Part shown: positions 27,937 through 38,121 of the stretch, in pieces
Layout of the letters: the number at the start of each line of letters is the position of its first letter
How positions within the stretch are numbered: position 1 is the stretch's first letter
NCBI GenBank assembly: GCA_039630415.1
Contig: JBCNVB010000002.1
Span: 15,042 to 79,041, forward strand
Direction: 5' to 3'
DNA from: a bacterium
GTDB lineage: Bacteria > DRYD01
Length of the DNA stretch: 64,000 bases
Translations under genes and position numbers: made by a program
The notes under the pieces: generated by a model
The model's input: only the letters and a program-made list of their open reading frames with translations
The model's database searches: none
Told to the model about the DNA's origin: nothing

Positions 27937-29751
27937 ATGGATAAAGATGTAGAGCAAATAAAGTCGATAATAGCTACTGATTGTGGATCCACAACAACAA
28001 AAGCAATACTAATAGAAAAGCAACCAACCGGTGAGTATAGGTTAGTAACTAGAGGTGAAGCTCCTACTACCGTAGAAGCACCACTAGAAGACGTCACCAT
28101 AGGTGTTCTCAATGCCTTTAGAGAAGTACAAGAATTAAGAAATAAAAAGATTCTTACCGATGACTATAAAGCTTTGATAAAACCCGATAGAGGAGATCAG
28201 GGTGTAGACATATATGTTTCAACTTCTTCTGCTGGTGGCGGTTTGCAAATGGTTGTAGCTGGTGTTGTTAAAGAAATGTCCGCAGAAAGTGCACAAAGAG
28301 CAGCTCTCGGAGGCGGTGCTATTGTACTTGACACCTTCGCTGTTAATGACGGAAGAAAACCATTCGAAAGAATAGAAAAAATCAGAGAACTCAGACCAGA
28401 TATAATACTTTTAAGCGGTGGAACCGAAGGTGGAACTATAAAACATGTCGTAGAAATGGCTCAAACCATCGCAGCAGCTAAACCCCAACCTAGGCTCGGT
28501 ATAACCTTCCATCTACCTGTAATATACGCGGGTAACTCAAAAGCAAGGGAAGAAATAGAAAGAATACTGTCTAAGGTAGTTGAACTTAGAATAACTGATA
28601 ACCTAAGACCAAGCTTGGATTATGAAAATCTACAACCAACAAGATTAATCATTCAGGATATATTCTTAGATCACGTAATGGCACAAGCTCCAGGTTATAA
28701 AAAACTAATGGAAATGGTAGATGCACCAATAATGCCAACTCCAGCTGCAGTCGGACTTATTATGCAAAAAATAGCTAAAAAAAATAATATAAACCTCATC
28801 GGTGTAGATATTGGTGGTGCTACAACTGACGTATTCTCAGTTATTTACCAAAACGGTGAATGGATTTTTAACAGAAGTGTTAGTGCAAACTATGGAATGA
28901 GCTATTCGATCGCTCAAGTTCTCAAAGATGCCGGAATTCAAAATGTTCTCAGATGGATCCCCTTCGATACAGATATCGTCCAGCTTAGAAACTCTATCAA
29001 AAACAAAATGATAAGACCTACTTCCATTCCTTATCTTCTAAAAGATTTAATGATAGAGCAAGCCATATGTAGAGAAGCACTTAGACTTTCTTTCGATCAG
29101 CATAAGTTACTAGCTGTTGGACTTAAGGGAAGACAAAAGGAAAGAAGTATATCAGATGCTTTTGCTCAGCAGGAAAGTGGCGAAAGTATAATAGATATGT
29201 TCGAGTTAGACATGATAGTTGGAAGTGGCGGGGTACTCTCTCATGCTCCTAAGAGAAATCAATCTGCAATGATGATGATAGATGCTTTTCAACCTTATGG
29301 ATTTACGTTACTAACTGTGGACAGCATATTCATGATGCCCCACTTGGGAGTACTTTCTAACATACATGAAAGAGCAGCAACTGAAGTATTTGAAAAAGAT
29401 TGTCTAATCTACTTGGGAACTTGTATTGCACCTGTAGGCAAAGAAAAGGATGGAGTAAAAATACTAGAAGCAGAAGTTATTGATCAAGATACAAATCAAA
29501 CAACTAGCCTAACCCTACTCAGTGGACAAATAATCGTTGTACCTATCAAAAACAAAGCTACCATAAACATTAAATACTTGCATAAAGGATTTAAGCTTTC
29601 AAAGGAAAAAATACAAACAAAGGAGGTTAGAGGAGGAGTAGTAGGCTTGATCTTTGACGGTAGAGGAAGACCCCTAACTCTACCTAAAAACGATACCGAA
29701 AGAAAGGAAAAATTAAATGAATGGTTTAAAAGTATAAACATGTATGATTAA
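27937..29751 (+). CDS. Glutamate mutase L (GlmL)-family actin-like ATPase
   Basis: DCGSTTTKA, APTTVE, SSAGGGL, PDIILLSGGTEGG, MPTPAAV, VDIGGATTDVFS, GSGGVLSHAP. Confidence 0.88.
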   Translation: MDKDVEQIKSIIATDCGSTTTKAILIEKQPTGEYRLVTRGEAPTTVEAPLEDVTIGVLNAFREVQELRNKKILTDDYKALIKPDRGDQGVDIYVSTSSAGGGLQMVVAGVVKEMSAESAQRAALGGGAIVLDTFAVNDGRKPFERIEKIRELRPDIILLSGGTEGGTIKHVVEMAQTIAAAKPQPRLGITFHLPVIYAGNSKAREEIERILSKVVELRITDNLRPSLDYENLQPTRLIIQDIFLDHVMAQAPGYKKLMEMVDAPIMPTPAAVGLIMQKIAKKNNINLIGVDIGGATTDVFSVIYQNGEWIFNRSVSANYGMSYSIAQVLKDAGIQNVLRWIPFDTDIVQLRNSIKNKMIRPTSIPYLLKDLMIEQAICREALRLSFDQHKLLAVGLKGRQKERSISDAFAQQESGESIIDMFELDMIVGSGGVLSHAPKRNQSAMMMIDAFQPYGFTLLTVDSIFMMPHLGVLSNIHERAATEVFEKDCLIYLGTCIAPVGKEKDGVKILEAEVIDQDTNQTTSLTLLSGQIIVVPIKNKATINIKYLHKGFKLSKEKIQTKEVRGGVVGLIFDGRGRPLTLPKNDTERKEKLNEWFKSINMYD

Positions 29752-31264
29752 CCAAAATAAGGAAGAAAATAAAATAGAAACTCTAATATCTAGAGCTATT
29801 GAGACCAAACCCTACCCCCTTGAAGTACCTGAATTACAATTCTTCCAAAAATGGGATTATTCTATATCGCTAGAAGATTCTTCGTTCATAAAACTCAAGG
29901 ACTCATACGATCTTTTCATAGGTGGTAAATTTGTTAAACCTTCAAGTGGGAAATACTTTCCCACAATAAATCCTTCAAATGAGGAAGTAATAACTCATAT
30001 TGCATATGCAACTGAAGAGGATGTAAACAAAGCAGTACAAGCAGCTCAAAAAGCTTATGAAAAATATTGGTCCAAAACTAAACCCAAAGATAGGGCAAAG
30101 TATCTGTTTAAAATAGCTAGGATTATCCAAGAAAGATCTAGAGAATTAGCTATACTAGAAACAATGGATAACGGAAAACCAATAAGAGAAACGAGAGATT
30201 TTGATGTCCCTCAAACTGCGCAGCACTTTTTCTACTACGCTGGATGGGCAGATAAACTACACTACCTTCCCAGAAGCTCTCCAATAGGTGTAGTAGGACA
30301 GATAATACCCTGGAATTTCCCCTTATTAATGGCTGCATGGAAAATAGCTCCAGCTCTAGCATGTGGAAATACTGTCATTCTTAAACCCGCTGAAACTACC
30401 CCTCTTACTGCCCTAATCTTAGCAGAAATAATACAAGAAGCGGGTTTACCAGACGGAGTAGTCAATATCCTTCCAGGTGACGGATATACAGGTAGCTTAA
30501 TAGTTAAACATCCAGAAATAAAAAAAATAGCTTTTACAGGCTCTACAGAAGTAGGAAAATACATCTTAAAACAGGCAGGTAGAGATAAGAAAATAACCCT
30601 AGAGCTAGGAGGCAAAAACCCATTAATAATATTTGAAGATGCGCCAATAGACCAGGCAGTAGAGGCAATAATAAAAGGTATATATTTCAATCAGGGTCAT
30701 GTTTGTTGTGCAGGTTCTAAACTATTGGTACAAGAATCAATACTCCCCACCGTAATTCAAAAACTTAAAGACAGGATAAAAACTATAAGGATAGGTAATC
30801 CACTTGATAAAAACACCGATATGGGAGCTATAAACTCACTTCAACAACTTCAAAAAATTAAAGGTTACGTTGAAATAGGTCTAAAAGAAGGTTACCCATT
30901 CTATCAAAAAGAATGTAAATTGCCTGAAAAAGGATATTGGTTCCCACCCTCGTTCTTTACAAATGTACCTATAAATTCACCTATAGCAAGAGAGGAAATA
31001 TTTGGTCCCGTACTAACAATCATTACCTTTAGGGATCCAGAAGAAGCATGTCAAAAGGCAAACAATACTCCATATGGCTTAGCTGCAGGAGTATGGACAA
31101 ATAATCCCTCAAGATTGATGTATGTAAGTAAAAAAATAAAAGCTGGTGTTATTTGGGCAAATACCTACAATCAATTTGATCCTTCCTCTCCTTTTGGAGG
31201 CTATAAAGAAAGTGGTTTTGGCAGAGAAGGAGGACTTCATGGCTTACTTGAGTACCTCCAGTAA
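29744..31264 (+). CDS. Aldehyde dehydrogenase
   Basis: IIPWNFP, LKPAETTP, FTGSTEVG, LELGGKN, QGHVCCAGS, EEIFGPV, PFGGYKESG. Confidence 0.96.
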   Translation: MINQNKEENKIETLISRAIETKPYPLEVPELQFFQKWDYSISLEDSSFIKLKDSYDLFIGGKFVKPSSGKYFPTINPSNEEVITHIAYATEEDVNKAVQAAQKAYEKYWSKTKPKDRAKYLFKIARIIQERSRELAILETMDNGKPIRETRDFDVPQTAQHFFYYAGWADKLHYLPRSSPIGVVGQIIPWNFPLLMAAWKIAPALACGNTVILKPAETTPLTALILAEIIQEAGLPDGVVNILPGDGYTGSLIVKHPEIKKIAFTGSTEVGKYILKQAGRDKKITLELGGKNPLIIFEDAPIDQAVEAIIKGIYFNQGHVCCAGSKLLVQESILPTVIQKLKDRIKTIRIGNPLDKNTDMGAINSLQQLQKIKGYVEIGLKEGYPFYQKECKLPEKGYWFPPSFFTNVPINSPIAREEIFGPVLTIITFRDPEEACQKANNTPYGLAAGVWTNNPSRLMYVSKKIKAGVIWANTYNQFDPSSPFGGYKESGFGREGGLHGLLEYLQ

Positions 31265-32090
31265 AATCAAAATATACTCTAACACAATAGACGCGTTAGT
31301 TTTATTAAATTTCTTACATTCTACTTCTTCTCAGCAAAATGTTGAAGTGTATATTTCTAACTCTTTACCAGAAATATCAATCATATCTGAAGAATGCTTA
31401 ATTAAGTTGCAAATAGATCCACAACTGGCAATACTTACACCATATTACCTAACTCTCTGGAAATCAAAAATAACTCTAACCAGAAGGGATAAAAAATACT
31501 ATATCTTACCTTCAGAAGTGATTCTTCAACAAAGATCGCACCAAAAAGTAGACAACTTACCTACCCTAAACAACCTAATATCCGATGAACCAGAATCTAT
31601 AAAACTAATATTCAATAGATACAAAAGTTCATACAAAACAACGGTTTACAAAACTATACTATCAAGTAACATAAACCAAACGTTTGTAGAGGTCTGGCTT
31701 GATAATAAATTTCAAGCAACCGTAGTAAATCATTTATCACAAATGTACGTCTATTTGATCGGATCAAACTTTACAGATCAAATAATACAGTACTATCAAG
31801 ATTTATACATGGTCAACACTATAATAAATGCTACTAATGAAGAAGAGATAACCCCTTTCGAATACTCTAAGTATACCCCAACTACTCAAATGATTCAGTT
31901 TCTTGGTTATTGTAATGGTATATACAATCCTTTTAACATCATAGATATGGATTTCAAAGTAAAATATTATGAGCGATTATCATCAAGATTAAACGAGCCA
32001 ATACCTACATTGTTAGAGCTAAAGCAAGAATTTTCCATAGACCTATCAAGGTTTCAAAGGGAGATAGAAAAAATAGTCTATTTGTTGTAA
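31239..32090 (+). CDS. Hypothetical protein
   Basis: AGGAGG RBS before ATG 31239; fills the gap in a co-directional run; no recognisable motif. Confidence 0.65.
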   Translation: MAYLSTSSKIKIYSNTIDALVLLNFLHSTSSQQNVEVYISNSLPEISIISEECLIKLQIDPQLAILTPYYLTLWKSKITLTRRDKKYYILPSEVILQQRSHQKVDNLPTLNNLISDEPESIKLIFNRYKSSYKTTVYKTILSSNINQTFVEVWLDNKFQATVVNHLSQMYVYLIGSNFTDQIIQYYQDLYMVNTIINATNEEEITPFEYSKYTPTTQMIQFLGYCNGIYNPFNIIDMDFKVKYYERLSSRLNEPIPTLLELKQEFSIDLSRFQREIEKIVYLL

Positions 32091-32103
32091 ATGAAGTATA
32101 TAC

Positions 32104-33471
32104 ATGAAATCCATATCGGTAAAAGATTTTGTTTCGGAAGCTCTAGAAAATTTAAGTACTGTAAAAATACCTCCAGTAAACCAAAAACTCTACAAAAGGG
32201 TTTTTGAAAGCAAAAAGGTCAACGTTACTTATTTGGTTTCTCATCAACCGATAGTTTATACACCGGGAGTTTTATCAAAATTTATCTATTGCCCTAAAGA
32301 GGGTAAGATAATATACAACGACGCTGATGAAGCAGTCTTTAAAATTTTTTCTCTGAATCTAAACCTTAATAAGACGATAGAAAAGATCTCTAAAGAAGAT
32401 ATACTGCAAATAAAACAATTTTTGAAATATGCTTATGAGTATTGCCTTAAAATACTGCCTCCAAAAAAAATTGAAAATTTTAGACTCTTTATTGAGATAG
32501 CTAATAAAACAAAAGAACAAAATTTTGTAGACTACTGGCATCAAGTAAACTCATCTTTTCTACAAACCTTTGGTATAAGTATTCCAAATGAATACAAAAA
32601 GGTATCAGAAATTGATGTATCTTCTTTGTTTGAGTGGTATATTGAAAATTATCAGGAGATAAATGATCAATACAATGAAGCCATAAGGATATTCAAACAG
32701 AGGATGGGATTTTATCCGATAAAGGAAATATCTTCCAACGAAACCCCTTTTTGGACGTATGAGGGAAACACAAGAAGAACGGTGTATGTAAACGAAAGGA
32801 ATGTAAAATTAATTAGACCTAAGGCTGTTGCCTGGGCTTTAATAAGAAGATACAAAATCTACTCGAATGTAATTGATATTCTTGGAATAGGAAGCTCGTA
32901 TTATACTTTTGTTTCAGACTATATAGCCGTAAATCAAGGGCATGTACCTCCGGAAACACACATAATATCACTAACCATACCACTTGAATCTTCCCAAACC
33001 ATGTCCTCCTTAAGTAATTTAAAAAGTACGTTAAATGGACTAAAAAGTACGCTCAATCACAACCCTGAAAACATACCAAAAATCTTTGAAAAACTAACCT
33101 CTTTGTCCTCAGGAGGCTGGGAACTACTTGATCAAGAAACACAAAAATTATCAGTTTCCATAGATAATTTAAAACAAAAACTATCAAGTCAAGATTTATT
33201 CTCTCTCTTGGATCAAAAAAATCATATACTGCATGACCTAAATGATAGATCTAATAGAAAAATTAAAAAAGAGTTGACAAAGAAGCTATCTGAAATAAAT
33301 CATTTAATCGTTAGCAAACTTGACAAGGAGATCAAGGATATTGAAGAGAGGCTGAAGAACTTAGAAGATAAGATAGCTAAAATAAACGATGTATATCAAA
33401 CAAGAGACTATCCCTACTTTATTCTTAGTCCCACTCAGATTCTTGAATTTATTCGAGATTTGGAAGTATAG
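32104..33471 (+). CDS. Hypothetical protein, weak BshC-like motif order with C-terminal coiled coil
   Basis: SHQPIVYTPGV..K, ETPFW, RPKA, LGIGSSYY, coiled coil, QTRDYPYF. Family assignment is tentative. Confidence 0.5.
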   Translation: MKSISVKDFVSEALENLSTVKIPPVNQKLYKRVFESKKVNVTYLVSHQPIVYTPGVLSKFIYCPKEGKIIYNDADEAVFKIFSLNLNLNKTIEKISKEDILQIKQFLKYAYEYCLKILPPKKIENFRLFIEIANKTKEQNFVDYWHQVNSSFLQTFGISIPNEYKKVSEIDVSSLFEWYIENYQEINDQYNEAIRIFKQRMGFYPIKEISSNETPFWTYEGNTRRTVYVNERNVKLIRPKAVAWALIRRYKIYSNVIDILGIGSSYYTFVSDYIAVNQGHVPPETHIISLTIPLESSQTMSSLSNLKSTLNGLKSTLNHNPENIPKIFEKLTSLSSGGWELLDQETQKLSVSIDNLKQKLSSQDLFSLLDQKNHILHDLNDRSNRKIKKELTKKLSEINHLIVSKLDKEIKDIEERLKNLEDKIAKINDVYQTRDYPYFILSPTQILEFIRDLEV

Positions 33472-33475
33472 CTAG

Positions 33476-34975
33476 ATGAGAAAAGTATTGGTTTGGATAG
33501 TAGTGATTGCATTAATTTTGATTGGACTCAAGGTTTATTGGGATTTTGTTAAAAAAGGGCATATTGTAGTAGCTCAAATAAAAGATGATTTATCTGAAGA
33601 TAATTTGAATTATGTTGATGAGCCTTCGTGGTTAGTATACCAAGCTTTAAAGCTTCTTTCTCCTCCACTAATAGAATATAAAGCCAATTGCTATCCTTAC
33701 TCTAAAATACTTTCCGAAATTCCTTCTAAAGAAAATAATCTAATGTTTCAGCAAGATCAAAAAACAGTTATCATTTTACTAAAAAAAAATCTAAAAATGT
33801 CAACTCCCATAAATGTTTTTATAACTCTAAGATTACTCAATTTGGATGTAATTTCAAACAAGTGGGTGTATATAAACGTTGCGGAAGCTATAGATAGCGT
33901 ACAAAAAATTGGTGATGAGGATGTAAGAATAACCTACAAAACTGCCTTATCATTACCTTATTTTCCTTTCCCTATTCTATTCGATGGTTATGAACAGTAT
34001 GAGCAAGAGATATTATCTTACAAAATTAATAAAAACTTTACTAAATTTCCCAGGTATTCTCAGTATGATCTACTAACATCACAATCAAATATCTTTGTAG
34101 TCTCGAGTAAAAAAACTAGGATAACGTTTAAGAATTATCTTAGTGTTGAAAATTTTCTCAAGGATCTACCTCAAATAGATCTGGCAAGAGTACCAACTAA
34201 ACTGAAAATTTACATTTCAAGAAATTTACCACAAAACTACAAAATTATAACCCTACCTGACAAAGAAATGTATTTTATATTTTTCAATCCCAATCTAAGC
34301 AAAGAAACTAGAATGAAGATATACTTAGCTTTCTTACAGGAACTACAAAAATATGATCTAAGAGATTACCAAATAACTACAAGCTACATATTACCCTATC
34401 ATTTTGCTAGTTATAGTCTGAAATTACAAGAAAACATAAAAGTCGTCCAAAATAAACAAAATCAAAAGAAACAGGTGGAAGATTTAAAAGTTTTAATTGC
34501 GTACACAAAGTCAACGGGTAAAGAGGTATCTAGCCTTATATCTGAGATATTTACTAAGTATTTGAATTCAGATACGGTGATAGTAAACTTAGAAAAGGAA
34601 TTACCTAAAAGAAGTATATTTGGGTTTGAAGAAGAAAAACCTGAACCATTAATAAAGTATGTAATCCAACCCTATAACTTTGACCTAATCATATCACCCA
34701 TAACCTTTACCCCTTACATGAATTATTATCTGATATATTCCAAGCAAGGAAAATACAATATTTTCAGCGTGTCTAACAATAAAATAGAAGATCTTTTAAA
34801 CCAAATAATGCAAGGATTCGATTCAAAACAGAAAGATTTACTTATTCAGCTTCAAAAAGAACTTGAAAAACAGTTTCTAATAGTTCCAATTATGATAAAT
34901 ACTCAAACATTCGTGCTAAACAAATCAGTTGAGGAAATAATTAAGGTAGGTCCTACAGGAATAGATATACCCTAA
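33476..34975 (+). CDS. Divergent ABC transporter solute-binding protein, family 5 (peptide/nickel-type)
   Basis: N-terminal anchor; IPSKENNL, YFIFFNP, FDLIIS, YNIFSVSNNKIEDLL, LQKELEKQFLIVPI match the SBP_bac_5 layout. Confidence 0.65.
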   Translation: MRKVLVWIVVIALILIGLKVYWDFVKKGHIVVAQIKDDLSEDNLNYVDEPSWLVYQALKLLSPPLIEYKANCYPYSKILSEIPSKENNLMFQQDQKTVIILLKKNLKMSTPINVFITLRLLNLDVISNKWVYINVAEAIDSVQKIGDEDVRITYKTALSLPYFPFPILFDGYEQYEQEILSYKINKNFTKFPRYSQYDLLTSQSNIFVVSSKKTRITFKNYLSVENFLKDLPQIDLARVPTKLKIYISRNLPQNYKIITLPDKEMYFIFFNPNLSKETRMKIYLAFLQELQKYDLRDYQITTSYILPYHFASYSLKLQENIKVVQNKQNQKKQVEDLKVLIAYTKSTGKEVSSLISEIFTKYLNSDTVIVNLEKELPKRSIFGFEEEKPEPLIKYVIQPYNFDLIISPITFTPYMNYYLIYSKQGKYNIFSVSNNKIEDLLNQIMQGFDSKQKDLLIQLQKELEKQFLIVPIMINTQTFVLNKSVEEIIKVGPTGIDIP

Positions 34976-34976
34976 A

Positions 34977-36065
34977 GTGTTATACATAACTCCCCGAGCT
35001 TCTAACTCTCTTCTAAAACTTGTTAAAACACTTGAAAAACATCAGCTCCCTATCTGTGTATATTTCCCAGCAAACATATGCTATACTTTCCCCCTTTCTT
35101 GCCTTTACTCAAACTCAACTATAAAACTATACGACATAAGCTACGAAACCTTATACCCAGATTACTCTTCCGTAAGATTAGAAGATTCTGACAGTAGATC
35201 AATTAAAATTTTTGTATGTGTAATACCTTATGGAAATTGGGATCTAAATCAAATCAAGGATAATAGGCAAAAAATACGTCATTTGTTAGGTAAAGAAACC
35301 TTCATTGTTTGGGATTGTGCTCTGACTTTCCCTACTTACAACACTCTAAACTACATCTGCCAAATTCAAAATGAATATGAAAGCTTTGTTTTTAGCTTCT
35401 CCTATGCTAAACCCATAGAACTTGGATTTGGATCTGCTATTTTTACTAAACTAAACCTACACTACAATCATCCTCTGAAAATAAATAGATTTCAAATATC
35501 TTATCTAGTAAACAAAGTAGACAAAAGATACAAAACTTACCTGAATTTATTCAAACTGGCACAAAAGAGATATTCGTTTTTATGCTATAACTCTGAACTA
35601 GATGAATCAGATTCAAAGCAAATTTATAGTATGATTGAGAAAATTGCATCTAATCAGGATTTTGCCTTAACACTAAGAAAGCAAATAAAAATAACATATT
35701 TTGAACTTCTTGATAAAATTATCTCAAACAATCGGTTTTTTAAAGCTAATCTGGAAGGATTAGGAATTGATTTCGTAGATAAATGTGATATTTCTTGGAG
35801 ATTCAATATAAGAGTGCATGAAAGTATCAGAGATAGTTTGATAAAAAGGATTTTTCAAAATGGAGGATATGTAAGTAGACTTTTCCCCTCTATATCTCAC
35901 CTATTTAACAACAATTTCTTATACCCTAACTCTTCTAGACACTGGCAAAGAATAGTCAATATATTCAATAATCAAGACAAAACTTACAATGACATAGTCT
36001 TTCAAACTATAAGGCAAACTATACAAGAAATACAAAATAAAGGAGTTTCGCAATCAATAAAATAA
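34977..36065 (+). CDS. Divergent DegT/DnrJ/EryC1-like PLP-dependent aminotransferase
   Basis: TPRAS, PANIC, WDCA, FSFSYAKPIELGFG (PLP Lys), WRFNI, RDSLI. Confidence 0.6.
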   Translation: MLYITPRASNSLLKLVKTLEKHQLPICVYFPANICYTFPLSCLYSNSTIKLYDISYETLYPDYSSVRLEDSDSRSIKIFVCVIPYGNWDLNQIKDNRQKIRHLLGKETFIVWDCALTFPTYNTLNYICQIQNEYESFVFSFSYAKPIELGFGSAIFTKLNLHYNHPLKINRFQISYLVNKVDKRYKTYLNLFKLAQKRYSFLCYNSELDESDSKQIYSMIEKIASNQDFALTLRKQIKITYFELLDKIISNNRFFKANLEGLGIDFVDKCDISWRFNIRVHESIRDSLIKRIFQNGGYVSRLFPSISHLFNNNFLYPNSSRHWQRIVNIFNNQDKTYNDIVFQTIRQTIQEIQNKGVSQSIK

Positions 36066-36087
36066 AATACAATGGGGACTGAAACAT

Positions 36088-37287
36088 ATGACTAGAATAA
36101 ATAGTCTTAATAATCTGGTGTATTCAACAAAAATACATGGATCTGTAAACTTAAGATCAGAAGTAGAATTTCCCAAAGATAAGATAATAAATGCACAGAT
36201 TTTGGAAAAAAATGAAAAAGGTGAAGCAAAGTTAAAAATAGGGAAATATACGGTAAATGCTAAAATACCTCCTGATGTCTACCTCAGACCCGGCGATAGC
36301 TTTAAACTACAAGTGTTAGGCAAAGAAAAAGATGTATGGAATTTTAAATTTATATCAATCAACCGTAGCTCAATATTTTACAAAATATCTCCCGAAGAAA
36401 TTAACTCTCACTTGATTAGACATAAACTTCCAGTAGATGATAATTCTTCTGAGATTATTAAAGCACTTTTCAAGTATGGCTTGGAATTGAGCGTAGAAAA
36501 TTACAGTGCACTCTTACCTTACTCTACGAGTGGATCGAAATTGTACTTGGAAGCTGCAGCTTTTCTAAAATCTATCAACATCCCTGTTAATCCCCAAAAC
36601 GTAAAAATATTTTACGAATTTCTATCTAACAATTTGTTCTTAGCCAATATCTTGCTAACGATCAACCAAAATTTGTCTTCCAACCCTTCAATTAATCCAA
36701 TAATACAAGGCATAATACAAACTTTTGTTGCAAATATACTCAAAAATAACGATAAAAATGCTCCCGAAAGAATAAGAAATATCAATGATATTAACTCCAA
36801 AAAGATCAACAAAATAATAAATTTTCTTGACAAAGAAATACCCAACTTACCTGATAGTAATCTCAAAAAAAATCTAGAAAAACTTTTAGATATTATGAAA
36901 GCCATAAAAATAATTAATGAATCACTTCAAGAAGAGAGGACTTACTTTAATGTGGTACCTGCTATAATAAACGGCTACCCTACAACTGTGGAAATAAAGA
37001 TATTCTATTACGTAGACAAAGAAACAAAGAAAGTAGAAAAAGATAGATTTGGTTTTGAAATTACAGTCAATGCCCCCAGAATAGGACCGGTAACTATTTC
37101 AGCTTCGGTAGTCCAAAATAATGTCTCAACACACATAAAAAAATCAACCTTACCTGAAGAAATTTTTATGGAAAACAAACAAATTCTCGAAAATCTACTC
37201 AAAGAAAAAGGGTATAAACTTGGAAATATGATTGTAAAATACGTTTCAGAAATAAATTTGGAAGAGGGTGTTAATGTTATAGCGTAG
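36088..37287 (+). CDS. FliK-like (hook-length control) domain protein
   Basis: N-terminal beta domain (AQILEK...LKIG...VNAK) and C-terminal FEITVNAPRIGPVTISASV...LENLLKEKGY, resembling the FliK C-terminal domain. Confidence 0.55.
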   Translation: MTRINSLNNLVYSTKIHGSVNLRSEVEFPKDKIINAQILEKNEKGEAKLKIGKYTVNAKIPPDVYLRPGDSFKLQVLGKEKDVWNFKFISINRSSIFYKISPEEINSHLIRHKLPVDDNSSEIIKALFKYGLELSVENYSALLPYSTSGSKLYLEAAAFLKSINIPVNPQNVKIFYEFLSNNLFLANILLTINQNLSSNPSINPIIQGIIQTFVANILKNNDKNAPERIRNINDINSKKINKIINFLDKEIPNLPDSNLKKNLEKLLDIMKAIKIINESLQEERTYFNVVPAIINGYPTTVEIKIFYYVDKETKKVEKDRFGFEITVNAPRIGPVTISASVVQNNVSTHIKKSTLPEEIFMENKQILENLLKEKGYKLGNMIVKYVSEINLEEGVNVIA

Positions 37288-37375
37288 TAATATTTGCAGG
37301 TAGCTTTCAAAAAGGTAAGAATAAATAACATGTGGGTAAGGTAGGATTAAAAAATCGGCTGCATAACCTTTTAAA

Positions 37376-37448
37376 GGGCGGATAGCTCAGCGGTTAGAGC
37401 GCCTGTTTCACAAGCAGGAGGTCATAGGTTCAACTCCTATTCCGCCCA
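37376..37448 (+). tRNA. tRNA-Val(CAC), no encoded CCA
   Basis: GGGCGGA-TAGCTCAGCGGTTAGAGC-G-CCTGT-TTCACAA-GCAGG...GGTTCAACTCC-TATTCCGCCCA. Confidence 0.95.
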
Positions 37449-37473
37449 CTAACGCAAAAAAGGAGGCCCCAAA

Positions 37474-38121
37474 ATGAAAGAACTATCCATAATAAAAAAT
37501 ACACTAGTACCCATCGTAGTCGAACAAACCCCAAGAGGAGAAAGATCATACGATATATACTCACGCCTCCTAAAAGAAAGAATAATATTCCTAGGAGATG
37601 CAATAGAAGACCACATAGCTAACCTAATAATAGCACAACTTCTATTTTTAGAAAAAGAAGATCCTGACAAGGACATAGACCTGTATATCAACAGTCCAGG
37701 TGGAAGCATATCCGCTGCATTAGCCATATACGACACGATGAGGGTAATCAAACCTGATGTATCAACTATATGTGTTGGTATGGCAGCGAGTGCAGCAGCA
37801 GTGCTTCTTGCTGGCGGAGCAAAAGGTAAAAGATTTGCCCTGCCTTACTCCAGAATAATGATACACCAACCATGGGTAAAAGGCATCGGAGGACAAGCTA
37901 CAGACATCGAAATACACGCTAAAGAAATATCTAGACTAAAAAAAATCATAAACGAAATCCTGGCTAATCATACCAACCAACCACTAGAAAAAATAGAAAA
38001 AGATACCGACAGAGACTACTACATGTCAGCTCAAGAAGCTAAAGAATACGGAATAATAGACGAAATAATCACTCCAGAAAACAGGAATGTTAATCCCCTA
38101 AGCCCAGACAACATAAGATGA
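37474..38121 (+). CDS. clpP: ATP-dependent Clp protease proteolytic subunit
   Basis: [49 protein letters not shown]. Confidence 0.98.
   Translation: MKELSIIKNTLVPIVVEQTPRGERSYDIYSRLLKERIIFLGDAIEDHIANLIIAQLLFLEKEDPDKDIDLYINSPGGSISAALAIYDTMRVIKPDVSTICVGMAASAAAVLLAGGAKGKRFALPYSRIMIHQPWVKGIGGQATDIEIHAKEISRLKKIINEILANHTNQPLEKIEKDTDRDYYMSAQEAKEYGIIDEIITPENRNVNPLSPDNIR

Noticed and set aside
27937-29751. Second mismatch-repair mutL
   Set aside because: Name collision only: this is the actin-fold glutamate-mutase MutL/GlmL. The true repair MutL is at 43271-45151.
26804-37448. Genomic island or prophage between the two tRNAs
   Set aside because: No integrase, no duplicated tRNA 3' end and no phage genes seen.
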